Both the position numbers and the translations under genes were made by a program. 64,000 bases of DNA. Source: Candidatus Woesearchaeota archaeon. Lineage in GTDB: Archaea > Nanobdellota > Nanobdellia > Woesearchaeales > ARS49. Position 1 is the stretch's first letter. The number at the start of each line of letters is the position of its first letter. The notes below the pieces were generated by a model. That model ran no database searches. It saw nothing but the letters and a program-made list of their open reading frames with translations, and had not been told where the DNA came from. The DNA lies in assembly GCA_019322895.1 (NCBI GenBank), contig JAHWHZ010000001.1, forward strand, positions 459,528 through 523,527, given 5' to 3'. This document shows positions 46,391-55,338 of the stretch, piece by piece.

Positions 46391-46505
46391 ACAGCGCAGC
46401 ATTGGCTTATGCATAGCACGCTTCGTTCTGCTTCTATTATCGCTTATGTCCAGATTTATGATAAGTGGAATATTGCTTAGATAACTTCGCTAGGTGCTAT
46501 GCATG
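46391..46505. repeat. intergenic repeat element, copy 46(-), inverted relative to the 46(+) copy
   Basis: AGCGCAGCATTGG...CGCTTCGTTCT...CCAGATTTATGATAAG...AACTTCGCTAGGTGC is collinear with 52713-52806. Together with 46237-46296 it forms about 25-bp imperfect terminal inverted repeats (GCGAAGTTCTCAGATGAATATGCGG vs the reverse complement GCGAAGTTATCTAAGCAATATTCC). Confidence 0.65.
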
Positions 46506-46553
46506 TATGTTCTGCCATAAAGTTTATATATGAGAATTAGATTTTATATCAGC

Positions 46554-46895
46554 ATGAAGAAAAGAGGCCAAGGATTGCCAATAACCACCATAATCATAGC
46601 TGCTCTTGCACTGATAGTTCTCGTGGTTCTTATTTTCATATTTTCAGGCAAAATAAGGGTTTTTAGCGGAGAGATGGTTAGCTGCACAAGCAAGGGGGGT
46701 TTTTGTACTTCAAAAGCTTGCGTATTTGGCTATCAATCAGAAATCAAGAATACAGATTGTCCTTCTGGCCAGAAATGTTGCCTTACAATTCTTGGCGCTC
46801 CTGCAGATTCTCCTTGCGCTAATGATGATGACTGTGCAAAAGGTTTAGAGTGTAAAAATAACAAGTGCACCGCAAAGACTGCAGCTAAAAAATAG
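46554..46895 (+). CDS. small disulfide-rich pilin-like protein (candidate major pilin), paralog 2
   Basis: MKKRGQG|LPITTIIIAALALIVLVVL has an N-terminus nearly identical to 45755. The mature part has 10 Cys (knottin-like spacing). The start is set at ATG 46554. Confidence 0.55.
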   Translation: MKKRGQGLPITTIIIAALALIVLVVLIFIFSGKIRVFSGEMVSCTSKGGFCTSKACVFGYQSEIKNTDCPSGQKCCLTILGAPADSPCANDDDCAKGLECKNNKCTAKTAAKK

Positions 46896-46952
46896 ACAAT
46901 ATTTCTTTTTTCACCAAAAACCTTTTATATATAATTCTTATTTTCTGAAGTA

Positions 46953-47060
46953 ATGAAAAAAAGAGGCGTGATTGAGCCAGAGATATTGATAGCAATAGTT
47001 TTGTCAGTCATTTTTCTCATAATCGCAATCTTGGTCTTGACAAGGAAGGGCATCATATGA
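46953..47060 (+). CDS. micro-ORF (35 aa) consisting only of a class III signal peptide plus TM helix
   Basis: MKKRGVIEPEILIAIVLSVIFLIIAILVLTRKGII. Its stop overlaps the next start (ATGA). Missed by the more than 60-aa ORF track. Confidence 0.3.
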   Translation: MKKRGVIEPEILIAIVLSVIFLIIAILVLTRKGII

Positions 47061-48025
47061 ACAAGAAAAGCCAGGCAGGAATCCCCACAAGCGTGCGTAT
47101 AATAGGCCTTGCAATAGCACTGTTAGCGCTTATACTTGTTTCAGGAGTGTTTGTTCAGTATATTTTTGGAGCTGTAAAGACAGGGGAATGCCAGTGGGAC
47201 CTGCTGTTCTCAGCCATCTCAACAGTGGCTGGCGGAGGCGCGATGGATATTCCTCCTGAATGCAAGGCAGAATACATCACCATAACAAAAAAAGATCTTG
47301 AAAAAGAGCTTGATACTGCTGCAGCAAGAATAAAAACATATGATTCAAATCCAGAAAAATATAAGAAGATACGCGCCGCAGGATTCCAGTATTACAAAAA
47401 TGAGCCAGAAAAGAATTACAGGGTTCAGATGGAATGGGCCTTGAACAAGATAGTTGCAGATAAGCTGCTTTCCTGCTGGAAAAAGGTATGGAAAGGAAGC
47501 CTGCCAATGTTTGATTATTGGTGGAAGCTTGTTGACTGGACCTGGTTTGGATTGAGTGAAGAAGATTATACCAAAAAGCAGTTAGAATATATTGATGAAC
47601 AATTTAATGCAGGAGTTTTAAAGATCTACGGCCCTCCTGCTTTCTGCATTATATGCTATCACTTGAATTTTGATAAGGATGTCAGGGGATTATTTCAAGA
47701 AGATATCAAATCCTTGAAGGTATGGATGGCAGGCAACAAGGCCCCGAATTCAGATAAAAGCTATCTTGAAGAACTGCTTGAAGGACAGACTTTTGAAAGC
47801 CCGCTGTATATCCCCCCATATGAATATAACATTCAAAAGCCAGTAGGGATTGTTTACAAAAGGCTTAATCCTCAGGCATTAAACGTGGTTAAAGACTGGA
47901 TTCTTAGCAACTTGGCTGGATATGAGAAAGCAAAGGCAGTGAATATTCTTGCTCTTGCAGATTATGATGTGGTAACTACTCCAGCTGGTAAAAATGGATT
48001 AGGGTGTTTTTATGTCATTGATTAA
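47057..48025 (+). CDS. pilin-like protein (class III signal peptide, 322 aa)
   Basis: MNKKSQAG|IPTSVRIIGLAIALLALILV. Confidence 0.5.
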   Translation: MNKKSQAGIPTSVRIIGLAIALLALILVSGVFVQYIFGAVKTGECQWDLLFSAISTVAGGGAMDIPPECKAEYITITKKDLEKELDTAAARIKTYDSNPEKYKKIRAAGFQYYKNEPEKNYRVQMEWALNKIVADKLLSCWKKVWKGSLPMFDYWWKLVDWTWFGLSEEDYTKKQLEYIDEQFNAGVLKIYGPPAFCIICYHLNFDKDVRGLFQEDIKSLKVWMAGNKAPNSDKSYLEELLEGQTFESPLYIPPYEYNIQKPVGIVYKRLNPQALNVVKDWILSNLAGYEKAKAVNILALADYDVVTTPAGKNGLGCFYVID

Positions 48026-48179
48026 GATGCAAAACAAGAAAGCAATGGAAATACCTGGATGGATTTATGTTGTAGGCTTGATAATCGGCTTGCTGGTCAT
48101 ATTGTTGATAATCTGGATTTCTGCAAAATCCGGCCAAAAGGCAACTGGTTTGCTGGATACCATCAAAGGATTACTATGA
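48012..48179 (+). CDS. micro-ORF (55 aa) with class III signal-peptide-like N-terminus
   Basis: MSLIKMQNKKA|MEIPGWIYVVGLIIGLLVILLIIW. Translationally coupled at both ends (14-nt overlap upstream, ATGA downstream). Confidence 0.3.
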   Translation: MSLIKMQNKKAMEIPGWIYVVGLIIGLLVILLIIWISAKSGQKATGLLDTIKGLL

Positions 48180-51100
48180 AAAAAAGAGGTGTAAGTGGGG
48201 CTTTTATGTGGGTTTCTATAGTTATAGGGCTCATTGTTATCTTGTCCATTGGAACAGTCCTTTACCAGGGAAGAGATTATCTCTCAGAAAAAATATTTGG
48301 AAAAAAATACATCTCTGCTGAAGAAAAAGAATTTGTTCCTTACGAAGTGGAGTTAGAAGGAGAAGTAAAGACAGCAGATGATTCTATGAAAGCTCTTGTT
48401 TGCGCTTTCAACAGTTTGGCTATTGAGAAAAAAGGCTGGCTCATTGAAGGAGTGTGTCCAGAAGGGTTTTATTCAAAAGAAGTAGAAGAGAAAAAGAAAA
48501 AAGAGGCAGAAGAGAAGAAAGCAGCAGAAGAAAAGAAAAAAGCAGAGGAAAAGAAAACAGAACCCACGCCTGCTCCAACAGGAGCAATGGTTTCAATAAC
48601 AGGCGCCGCAACTAAAGAGGATTGCGATGGTGCCTTGTATGGCCAGACTTGTGTTGAGTGCCGTGAAAGCGAGTTTGGCATGAAAACAATTACTTTGCCA
48701 GACAGCGAATATGATGCTACAAAAATGTTAGCTAAAGCTGCAGTTCAGTGCTGGAATGATTTTAAAGGTCCAAAAGGCAATAAAGGCGAAAAAAATATTC
48801 TTTGCAATAAGGTTGTCATACCAGGGACTGCACCTGGCTGGGTAATAACAAAAGAAGAGTTTAGAGAACGTCTAGAAAAATTTGAAGGAGAAGTAGGTTC
48901 TGACTTGGCAGGTCTTGGTACTGGAACACAGAATGTTGATTGGAAATTTGGCGAGGCAATTGTCTTAAATATTAAACAAGAATTTTATATCTGCGCTAAC
49001 GATGCTTACGATGCCAATCCGTTTGACGCAGATGAGATTTTCTTCACGCGAAATCTAAATGATTGTGAAGTTGAAACAAGAGGGCTTGCCGAAAAAGAAT
49101 TTACCTGCGAAATTAAAACTTTTGAGTTGCCGCAGGAGATTGGCAGCGACATCAGTCTTTTTAATTGGGCAGAAGAGTTCATTAACAAGTATAATGACCC
49201 GGAATATCTTGCGTATTACGAGTCTTTTCCAAGAGGAGAGGAAGCAGCATGGCATTTAGAAGAAGGCGATTTTATTGTTGATGTTATACTGTTCGGTGCA
49301 GTCATGAATACGTTGCCTGTGCTTGGAAAAGGTGTGCGCCAAGCTGGCGGATTATTTAGAAGAATATTCACTAAAAAAATTCTTGTGGAAGTGCCTGAAG
49401 ATATTGTTAAGAAAGCTTCTAAAAAAACCATAACAACAGTATTAGGGAAAACAGGCAAAGAGATTGGAACAGAACTCGGCGAACAAACTATAAAAGAACT
49501 GACAGATATGTTTGGCAAAGGCATGGAGCGCCAGCTAAAATCACAGATACTCTATGATAATATACTTAAAGAAGTGGGGGAAGATGCTGCAGAAACAGCC
49601 CGCCAGGCATTTCTCTCAAAATATTCTATCTATAAAGGAATGGGAAAGACAGACGACCAGATTGCAACTCTTCTGAAAAAAGAGATCCCAGAAGCAATTG
49701 GAAAGACACCTGATGAAGTCAGCGGACTAATCAAGAATGTGGATGACGTGATTAAGAAATCCCTGGCAGAGCTTAGCGAATCCGCTAGGAATAAGCAGAC
49801 TGCCAGGCAGTTTTTTACAAAATATCTCTTGAAAGAAGGCGGTGAAAGCCTCAATAAAGAAGCTATGGAAAATATATTAGCTACAGCCTTGACTAAAGAG
49901 ACATATGATAAGCTTGGCCCAGAAGCAGCAGAACAAATAATGCAGCGTTCCCTTTCATATACTGATGAAATTATTGATGTCACTAAAGGCACCGATGAAT
50001 TGTTAAAAACCCAGTCATTGATAGGCCGAACTTATGGTGCAGTTGTTGGCCAAGTTAATAAAGAATTCAACCTTTTTGCAAATATATTGAGCCAGCCAAA
50101 TAAAGATACCTTATCAAGATTTTTATTAGGAGTAACTCCCAAAGAAATTGGCGAAGCTGTTGCGCAAAAAGGAGGGGCATTAGGTGCTATCGGAGCAGCT
50201 GCAGCGCGTTATAATCCTATTCATATTTCAATAGGAACAGGAAAAATTGTTCCAATTCCTAGACCTTTGTTGGTACGTTCACTTGTTGGAACTGCATATA
50301 AGACTACGCGTACAGGCATTCGTTTTACCTCTGATGCTGCAGGGGCTGCATGGCATTCCAGGGCTGCGCGTTACACACTGGCATATCTCCTTGCAACGCA
50401 GATAGCTGAATCAGATGCAAAGAATGATAAATTAGGTTATAATGAGGAAAATACGCTTATCCTGCAAAAGCCTTATGATTTTGATGCTAAGGCAAAATAT
50501 TTTTTGTCAGATGAAACTAATAAGTATTACTTGAACTTGCACAAGTATCAGTATGGTGATGCGCGGTTCTTCCTTGCAAGTCCCTGCAAAGCAGACTTGA
50601 CAATACCTAAAACAGATTGTGATTGTAATATCTATTCTGGAGATTACATCTTGAAATCCAATAATCAGCCATTTGACCCTGCTTCTGTAAAATTCAAGAG
50701 CGATGACGCGATTCATACTGTGTATAAATATGATGAACTTTCAAAAGATGGTAAAAGAGCTGCAATGGATTATTGTTTAGTAAAAGACCAGGAGTTTGGT
50801 GTTTTATGCAACATATTTGTTATGAAGGATCCTGAAGCTTATGAAAAGTTTACAAAATATGTTTATAAGAATGTTTATAGCCCTGCAATTGATTTCATGC
50901 AAAAATATAAAGTAGATGAAGAAAAGATTGCTGATATCATTGAAAGAAAAGAAGGGGATGTATCGCTTACAATAGGCCACATAATTTCAGATGCTGGCGA
51001 AGAATTAAGGCCGCATTATGAATTTGGTGCTTTCTGCTTTTTTGCAGAAGGCGGTATTGGTCCTTGCTCAGTCAATATTCCTGGTGCGCTCACTGAGATG

Positions 51101-51700
51101 CTTGTAGAAACAAGAGCTCCTGAGCTTACATTAAGAAAAACTCCTTTGTCTTATGAAGAATTCAAAAAAGAGTTTGATAAGGTTATTGCAAGTGGTTATT
51201 ATGAGAATATTGCATTTTCAGTTTATCATAAACTGGGAGCGATTAGGAAAGGCGAAGGTATGTATTTCATGGATATGTATGACCCAAATGGATTCTTAGA
51301 TATTGCTACAAGACACACTTACTTAAATTACAATGTTGTTGAAGACAGCAAGATTGACAAAAAGAAGATTGCAAAGCTTTGTAATACTAGATTAGATGAG
51401 CGGGAGCCACACATAAAAAGTATGCTCGCAACAAAAGTATCTATTGCTTGTTTTAATGCCCAGCCAAGCATAGAAGGATATCCTGATTATAATAATGGCC
51501 ATAATTATTGCTTCAGCAGCGAGCATGCTGGAATTGAGACTGCCAAAGATATTGCCACAGGCATTTCTATTGCAATTGACTTTGGTGCAGGAATCATAAG
51601 TGGCGGCTTGGCAGAAGCGCCTGTAGCAGCTCTTACTGGCCTTGGTTCTGCATGGTTTGCTCATGAAATGGATAAAAAGAAATTCTGGCCAAATCATTAA
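48176..51700 (+). CDS. giant (1175 aa) pilin-like surface protein with Lys/Glu-rich repeat
   Basis: The start is set at ATG 48176 (MKKRG|VSGAFMWVSIVIGLIVILSIG). EKKKKEAEEKKAAEEKKKAEEKK is encoded by an approximately 85-nt pure polypurine tract. The remainder has no recognisable domain. Confidence 0.55.
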   Translation: MKKRGVSGAFMWVSIVIGLIVILSIGTVLYQGRDYLSEKIFGKKYISAEEKEFVPYEVELEGEVKTADDSMKALVCAFNSLAIEKKGWLIEGVCPEGFYSKEVEEKKKKEAEEKKAAEEKKKAEEKKTEPTPAPTGAMVSITGAATKEDCDGALYGQTCVECRESEFGMKTITLPDSEYDATKMLAKAAVQCWNDFKGPKGNKGEKNILCNKVVIPGTAPGWVITKEEFRERLEKFEGEVGSDLAGLGTGTQNVDWKFGEAIVLNIKQEFYICANDAYDANPFDADEIFFTRNLNDCEVETRGLAEKEFTCEIKTFELPQEIGSDISLFNWAEEFINKYNDPEYLAYYESFPRGEEAAWHLEEGDFIVDVILFGAVMNTLPVLGKGVRQAGGLFRRIFTKKILVEVPEDIVKKASKKTITTVLGKTGKEIGTELGEQTIKELTDMFGKGMERQLKSQILYDNILKEVGEDAAETARQAFLSKYSIYKGMGKTDDQIATLLKKEIPEAIGKTPDEVSGLIKNVDDVIKKSLAELSESARNKQTARQFFTKYLLKEGGESLNKEAMENILATALTKETYDKLGPEAAEQIMQRSLSYTDEIIDVTKGTDELLKTQSLIGRTYGAVVGQVNKEFNLFANILSQPNKDTLSRFLLGVTPKEIGEAVAQKGGALGAIGAAAARYNPIHISIGTGKIVPIPRPLLVRSLVGTAYKTTRTGIRFTSDAAGAAWHSRAARYTLAYLLATQIAESDAKNDKLGYNEENTLILQKPYDFDAKAKYFLSDETNKYYLNLHKYQYGDARFFLASPCKADLTIPKTDCDCNIYSGDYILKSNNQPFDPASVKFKSDDAIHTVYKYDELSKDGKRAAMDYCLVKDQEFGVLCNIFVMKDPEAYEKFTKYVYKNVYSPAIDFMQKYKVDEEKIADIIERKEGDVSLTIGHIISDAGEELRPHYEFGAFCFFAEGGIGPCSVNIPGALTEMLVETRAPELTLRKTPLSYEEFKKEFDKVIASGYYENIAFSVYHKLGAIRKGEGMYFMDMYDPNGFLDIATRHTYLNYNVVEDSKIDKKKIAKLCNTRLDEREPHIKSMLATKVSIACFNAQPSIEGYPDYNNGHNYCFSSEHAGIETAKDIATGISIAIDFGAGIISGGLAEAPVAALTGLGSAWFAHEMDKKKFWPNH

Positions 51701-52308
51701 CTTAATGACATCATCGTTCTTCCAGGAGCATGTTCTTTAGTTACATCTCCTACAAGTATTCCAAATGTTCTTATTCTTGCATCATCTGAAAATCTTTCTG
51801 CATCATCTATTATCTGGTCATGATACATTCCTGAATCTATCTCTTTGAATTCAAAAGGTCGCATCTTTGTGTACATCACTCCCCATTGAATGTTTGTGAA
51901 ATTCATTTGCTCTTTCCAGTCCTCATCAAGAAATATGTCAACAATCCACTGGCCGTCCTCTCTTTTCTCTGTCATGAAGCCTTCCATAATGCCGTCATCT
52001 GGGGTCATTTCAGTTGTTATTCTTATTTTGACTTCACCATCTTCAACAAATTGGTTTGTGAATTGCTGGCCTTTGTAATATCCTTCTAATTCAAATACAG
52101 TGCTTATCTCTGTATCTCTGTATTGCAGTCCCATGGAATCCATGAACATTCTTCTGCCTGTCGCTTTATCTATGTCTATTGTGCTGTCCTCCACCCAGGT
52201 CTCTGGCTCTTCAGGAGAATATGGCTTTGGCCTGGTTGATATATAGATTGATACTAAAAGAAGTATGAGTGTGATTATTATTCCTATTATCACCACTTTT
52301 TTTTCCAT
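51697..52308 (-). CDS. membrane-anchored hypothetical protein
   Basis: 203 aa with an N-terminal TM (VVIIGIIITLILLLVSIYI). It is the only minus-strand gene inside the pilin-like cluster and is convergent with the giant gene. Confidence 0.45.
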   Translation of the reverse strand: MEKKVVIIGIIITLILLLVSIYISTRPKPYSPEEPETWVEDSTIDIDKATGRRMFMDSMGLQYRDTEISTVFELEGYYKGQQFTNQFVEDGEVKIRITTEMTPDDGIMEGFMTEKREDGQWIVDIFLDEDWKEQMNFTNIQWGVMYTKMRPFEFKEIDSGMYHDQIIDDAERFSDDARIRTFGILVGDVTKEHAPGRTMMSLS

Positions 52309-52381
52309 GCCTTGCTTTATCTTATATGTTTATTTAAACTTTTTGGAAATATTTATATAGGTGTAAGCTTCTTTTATTTTT

Positions 52382-52711
52382 ATGAAAAAAAGAGCTGTTC
52401 AATTGTCTGTGCAGACAATGATTATTGTAGCTCTTGGCTTGATTGTTTTGCTTGTCTTGATTTTTCTTATCAGAGGCCAGATTCAGAAAGGTGCTGGACA
52501 GTATTTTGATATTGGCACGAAAATCGGCAAAGAGGCAGAGCTTGAGAAATGCCAGGGCGGATTCTTTACTACAAAACAATGTGCCACAAACTGCATAAAG
52601 GATCCTAAGCTGGATGAGAATTATTATTGGGAGGATATTGGCCCAAAAGACTGCAAGGCTCCTACGCCGGTATGCTGCCAAAGAGGAGATAAAAAAGCTT
52701 CTATAAAATGA
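52382..52711 (+). CDS. small Cys-containing pilin-like protein
   Basis: MKKRA|VQLSVQTMIIVALGLIVLLVLIFLI, with 6 Cys in the mature part. Confidence 0.5.
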   Translation: MKKRAVQLSVQTMIIVALGLIVLLVLIFLIRGQIQKGAGQYFDIGTKIGKEAELEKCQGGFFTTKQCATNCIKDPKLDENYYWEDIGPKDCKAPTPVCCQRGDKKASIK

Positions 52712-52712
52712 T

Positions 52713-52806
52713 GCAATGCTGCGCTTCGTTCTTATGCTGAAACCGCCTGTTACCTAGATTTATCAGAAATCACTCTTAACATTAAAGACTTCGCAAGGCA
52801 GCATTT
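52713..52806. repeat. intergenic repeat element, copy 52 (minus orientation relative to copy D)
   Basis: GCAATGCTGCGCTTCGTTCT...CTAGATTTATCAGAAATC...GACTTCGCAAGGCAGCATTTGC. Its reverse complement begins AAATGCTGCCTTGCGAAGT. It starts 1 nt after the upstream stop and ends 6 nt before a TATA-like TTTAAAAAT. Confidence 0.7.
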
Positions 52807-52858
52807 GCACGTTTAAAAATAAGAAACTTTTAAATAACAATTATGCTAATTCTTTATT

Positions 52859-53380
52859 ATGTCAAAAAAAGGGGCAGTAGCATTAGAATACTTGGTTGAT
52901 TTAATTCCAAGAATAATAATATTTGTAGGGCTTCTGGCTGCATTGGCTGTTTTGTTTAATGTTATAGTAAAGCAATCAGCAACAACTCCTGCTGAAGATG
53001 ACTTGAACAGGGTTTTTGAAAAAATAAAGCAATTGCAGCCATACAGAGCAGAAAAAGTGTTTACAACAGGCGATGATTATACATTAGTCTTGTACGGACA
53101 GGAGCATATTGATCTTCCTGAGCAGTGCAGCAAAGCAGCATGCTTGTGTGTTACAGATGCAAAAGGAAAAACATCATGTAAAAGACTTACTGATGTGAGC
53201 AAGCAGTGCGCCACCTCAAAATGCGCCGCAAGCCCGATGTGTTTTGATCCTATAAGCTCAAATAAAGTTTATATCAGGGGAACCGGCACGGTCCGAGAGC
53301 CAATTTACATTTGCAGGCACTGCACAGAATTAATGATTACAGATTCAGAAGCATTATGTAAAGGACATGCAGCAAAATGA
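52859..53380 (+). CDS. pilin-like protein, Cys-rich
   Basis: MSKKG|AVALEYLVDLIPRIIIFVGLLAALAVLF is a classic archaeal prepilin N-terminus, with 12 Cys. Confidence 0.55.
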   Translation: MSKKGAVALEYLVDLIPRIIIFVGLLAALAVLFNVIVKQSATTPAEDDLNRVFEKIKQLQPYRAEKVFTTGDDYTLVLYGQEHIDLPEQCSKAACLCVTDAKGKTSCKRLTDVSKQCATSKCAASPMCFDPISSNKVYIRGTGTVREPIYICRHCTELMITDSEALCKGHAAK

Positions 53381-54480
53381 TTTCTAAAAAAGGAACAATA
53401 GTGGACCTTGTCTTAATGCCTACTTTCACGACAATAATTGTTCTTGGCTTTATTTTGCTGAGCATCCTTGCTACAATCAAAGGCCTGCATGGTGATTTGC
53501 AGCCGGAAAAAGCATCAACTGCAATAAATTCAGGACTGCTAACAATAGGATTGCATGATCTTACAGGAAATATTGATTATATCTACGGCAACAGGAAGAA
53601 TTTCAGCTTTGATTTCCAGGACAATAAAATATTGGTTTACACAAAGAAAAAAGACAAGTCAGATGCAGTAACTTATGCTTTTGCAGAAGACGGCTCTTTA
53701 GGCAGGCTTACATTCATTCCAAAAACCCTTAATTTCACCAAAAAAACAATACGTGAGCTTCATTTTGTCAAGCAGGGCAATGTTGTTTTTGTGGACAGCC
53801 CTATTGTTAATGATAAATTCCGGGCAAATCTTGATTTGCTGGAGTGCTCAAGAGAAAAGACAACAGCACTAAAAAAAGATATAATTATAGATCCATCTCT
53901 TGGCTGGGACGCAAACCTTGAGAAAGAGGGTGTTCCTGCCGGCGAAAAAGGTTATATGAATCACAGACTGCAGATAACAGAGTCTGATGTTAATAGGATT
54001 ATTGCAGCAAGGCTTTTTGGCTATGGCAAGGACTTTTTTGCTGAAAAAGCACAGCACACAAGAAGCTTATCGCAGGATTCAAAGGTTGACTTAAATGAAA
54101 AAATAAACAAGGTACAGAAAAGCAAGGGAAACGCAGTAATCTCACTGCGCCTTGGCAGCTATGCTGATACAGATTTCAATCCAGTTATTGCTTATATCAA
54201 TGGAGAATCAAATGACATTAAGGCAAGCAGGAAACTTGCCTGCCTTATCCTTAATGCACTCTCAAGCAAGCTTCCTGAAATCACTGATATTGCGATTGTT
54301 CCTGTCAGCATAAGCCAGCTTGATAGATTTTCAGGAAATGACCCAAAAAGAGTGCTGCTAAAGGAGAAGATAGGATTGCAGTTAGTCATAGGCAATGTCC
54401 AGATAGAAAATAAGAATATGATTGTTGAAAAACAAGATGACATTGCAAGAGCAATATACGATGGCATTAAGGCTTATTAA
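53377..54480 (+). CDS. pilin-like protein (367 aa)
   Basis: MISKKG|TIVDLVLMPTFTTIIVLGFILLSIL. ATGA overlap with the upstream gene. Confidence 0.5.
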   Translation: MISKKGTIVDLVLMPTFTTIIVLGFILLSILATIKGLHGDLQPEKASTAINSGLLTIGLHDLTGNIDYIYGNRKNFSFDFQDNKILVYTKKKDKSDAVTYAFAEDGSLGRLTFIPKTLNFTKKTIRELHFVKQGNVVFVDSPIVNDKFRANLDLLECSREKTTALKKDIIIDPSLGWDANLEKEGVPAGEKGYMNHRLQITESDVNRIIAARLFGYGKDFFAEKAQHTRSLSQDSKVDLNEKINKVQKSKGNAVISLRLGSYADTDFNPVIAYINGESNDIKASRKLACLILNALSSKLPEITDIAIVPVSISQLDRFSGNDPKRVLLKEKIGLQLVIGNVQIENKNMIVEKQDDIARAIYDGIKAY

Positions 54481-54943
54481 AAACAAGAAAGGCGCGAAGC
54501 TTCATAATTTTCTGTATTTGATACTTTATGTAATCCTTACTTTTATTGTGGTTCTTTTGCTGGTGCAGATTCCTGAGAAAATGTTTAAAGCAAGGATGGA
54601 GCAGGGATATTTTCCTCAAACTGTAAACCAGGACAGGATAAGCACCATGTTTGCTTACAAAAATCCCTATTCTGGAAGATTAGACTTGCTAAAAGTTTCT
54701 TCAGCCAACATGATTCAAAACAAGACAGCAAAGAATCTTCTCAGCTTTCCTGAAGAAGAGGAAGTGGCATTATTTGTTTCATTAGACAATAAAAAGTCTT
54801 ATTATGACAGGAAATTTTACAAAAGAGCCAAGCCATTGGTTCCTGTAAGATATGTCAGCTTGCTAAATACGCGCAAGGTCCAGGCGCAGGATGACAAGTC
54901 CTGGAAAACATTAACAATAGAGCAGGTTTTCAGGAGAACATGA
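54461..54943 (+). CDS. pilin-like protein
   Basis: The start is set at ATG 54461 (MALRLIKNKKG|AKLHNFLYLILYVILTFIVVLLLV). Confidence 0.45.
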   Translation: MALRLIKNKKGAKLHNFLYLILYVILTFIVVLLLVQIPEKMFKARMEQGYFPQTVNQDRISTMFAYKNPYSGRLDLLKVSSANMIQNKTAKNLLSFPEEEEVALFVSLDNKKSYYDRKFYKRAKPLVPVRYVSLLNTRKVQAQDDKSWKTLTIEQVFRRT

Positions 54944-55338
54944 ATAAAAAAGGAGATATCAGGCCGGCACTTTACTTGTTTGCAATAATTGGCATTGGAT
55001 TTCTTTTTATCTTGTTTTATATCTGGCAGGGCGCTGCGTATGAGGCAGGCAAGGAAATAATAATTATCTCAGAAGAAGTGCACAAGAATCCGATGCTTAC
55101 AAAACTGCTTAGTTACAATGTAGATTCTGGCCGGACAATAGGTGATGCAATTGCATACGATGAATTAAGCAAAGCCTGCGTAGCTGCTAAAAAAATAATG
55201 GACAAGGAGAAATTCATCCTTTCCTTGGATGGAGTTGATTTTTGCTCTAGTGAGAAAGGGCCTGAAAAGCCTGCAAAGATAAAAGCACTTATCCCTGCTG
55301 AAGATAATCAGATAAAAGAGGTTGTTTTAGAAATATGA
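54940..55338 (+). CDS. pilin-like protein
   Basis: MNKKG|DIRPALYLFAIIGIGFLFILF. ATGA overlap. Confidence 0.5.
   Translation: MNKKGDIRPALYLFAIIGIGFLFILFYIWQGAAYEAGKEIIIISEEVHKNPMLTKLLSYNVDSGRTIGDAIAYDELSKACVAAKKIMDKEKFILSLDGVDFCSSEKGPEKPAKIKALIPAEDNQIKEVVLEI

Noticed and set aside
48478-48560. About 85-nt pure polypurine (A/G) tract
   Set aside because: Fully explained as codons for the Lys/Glu repeat (EKKKKEAEEKK...). Not treated as a separate non-B-DNA element, though length variation is noted under the giant gene.
49055-49524. Several 60-100 aa ORFs on both strands inside the 1175-aa gene
   Set aside because: Short, overlapping the long frame-consistent ORF, with no independent signals.
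52312-52509. 65-aa plus-strand ORF upstream of or overlapping the 52382 pilin-like gene
   Set aside because: It overlaps the better-supported pilin-like gene in another frame and has no signal peptide or SD. Likely spurious.
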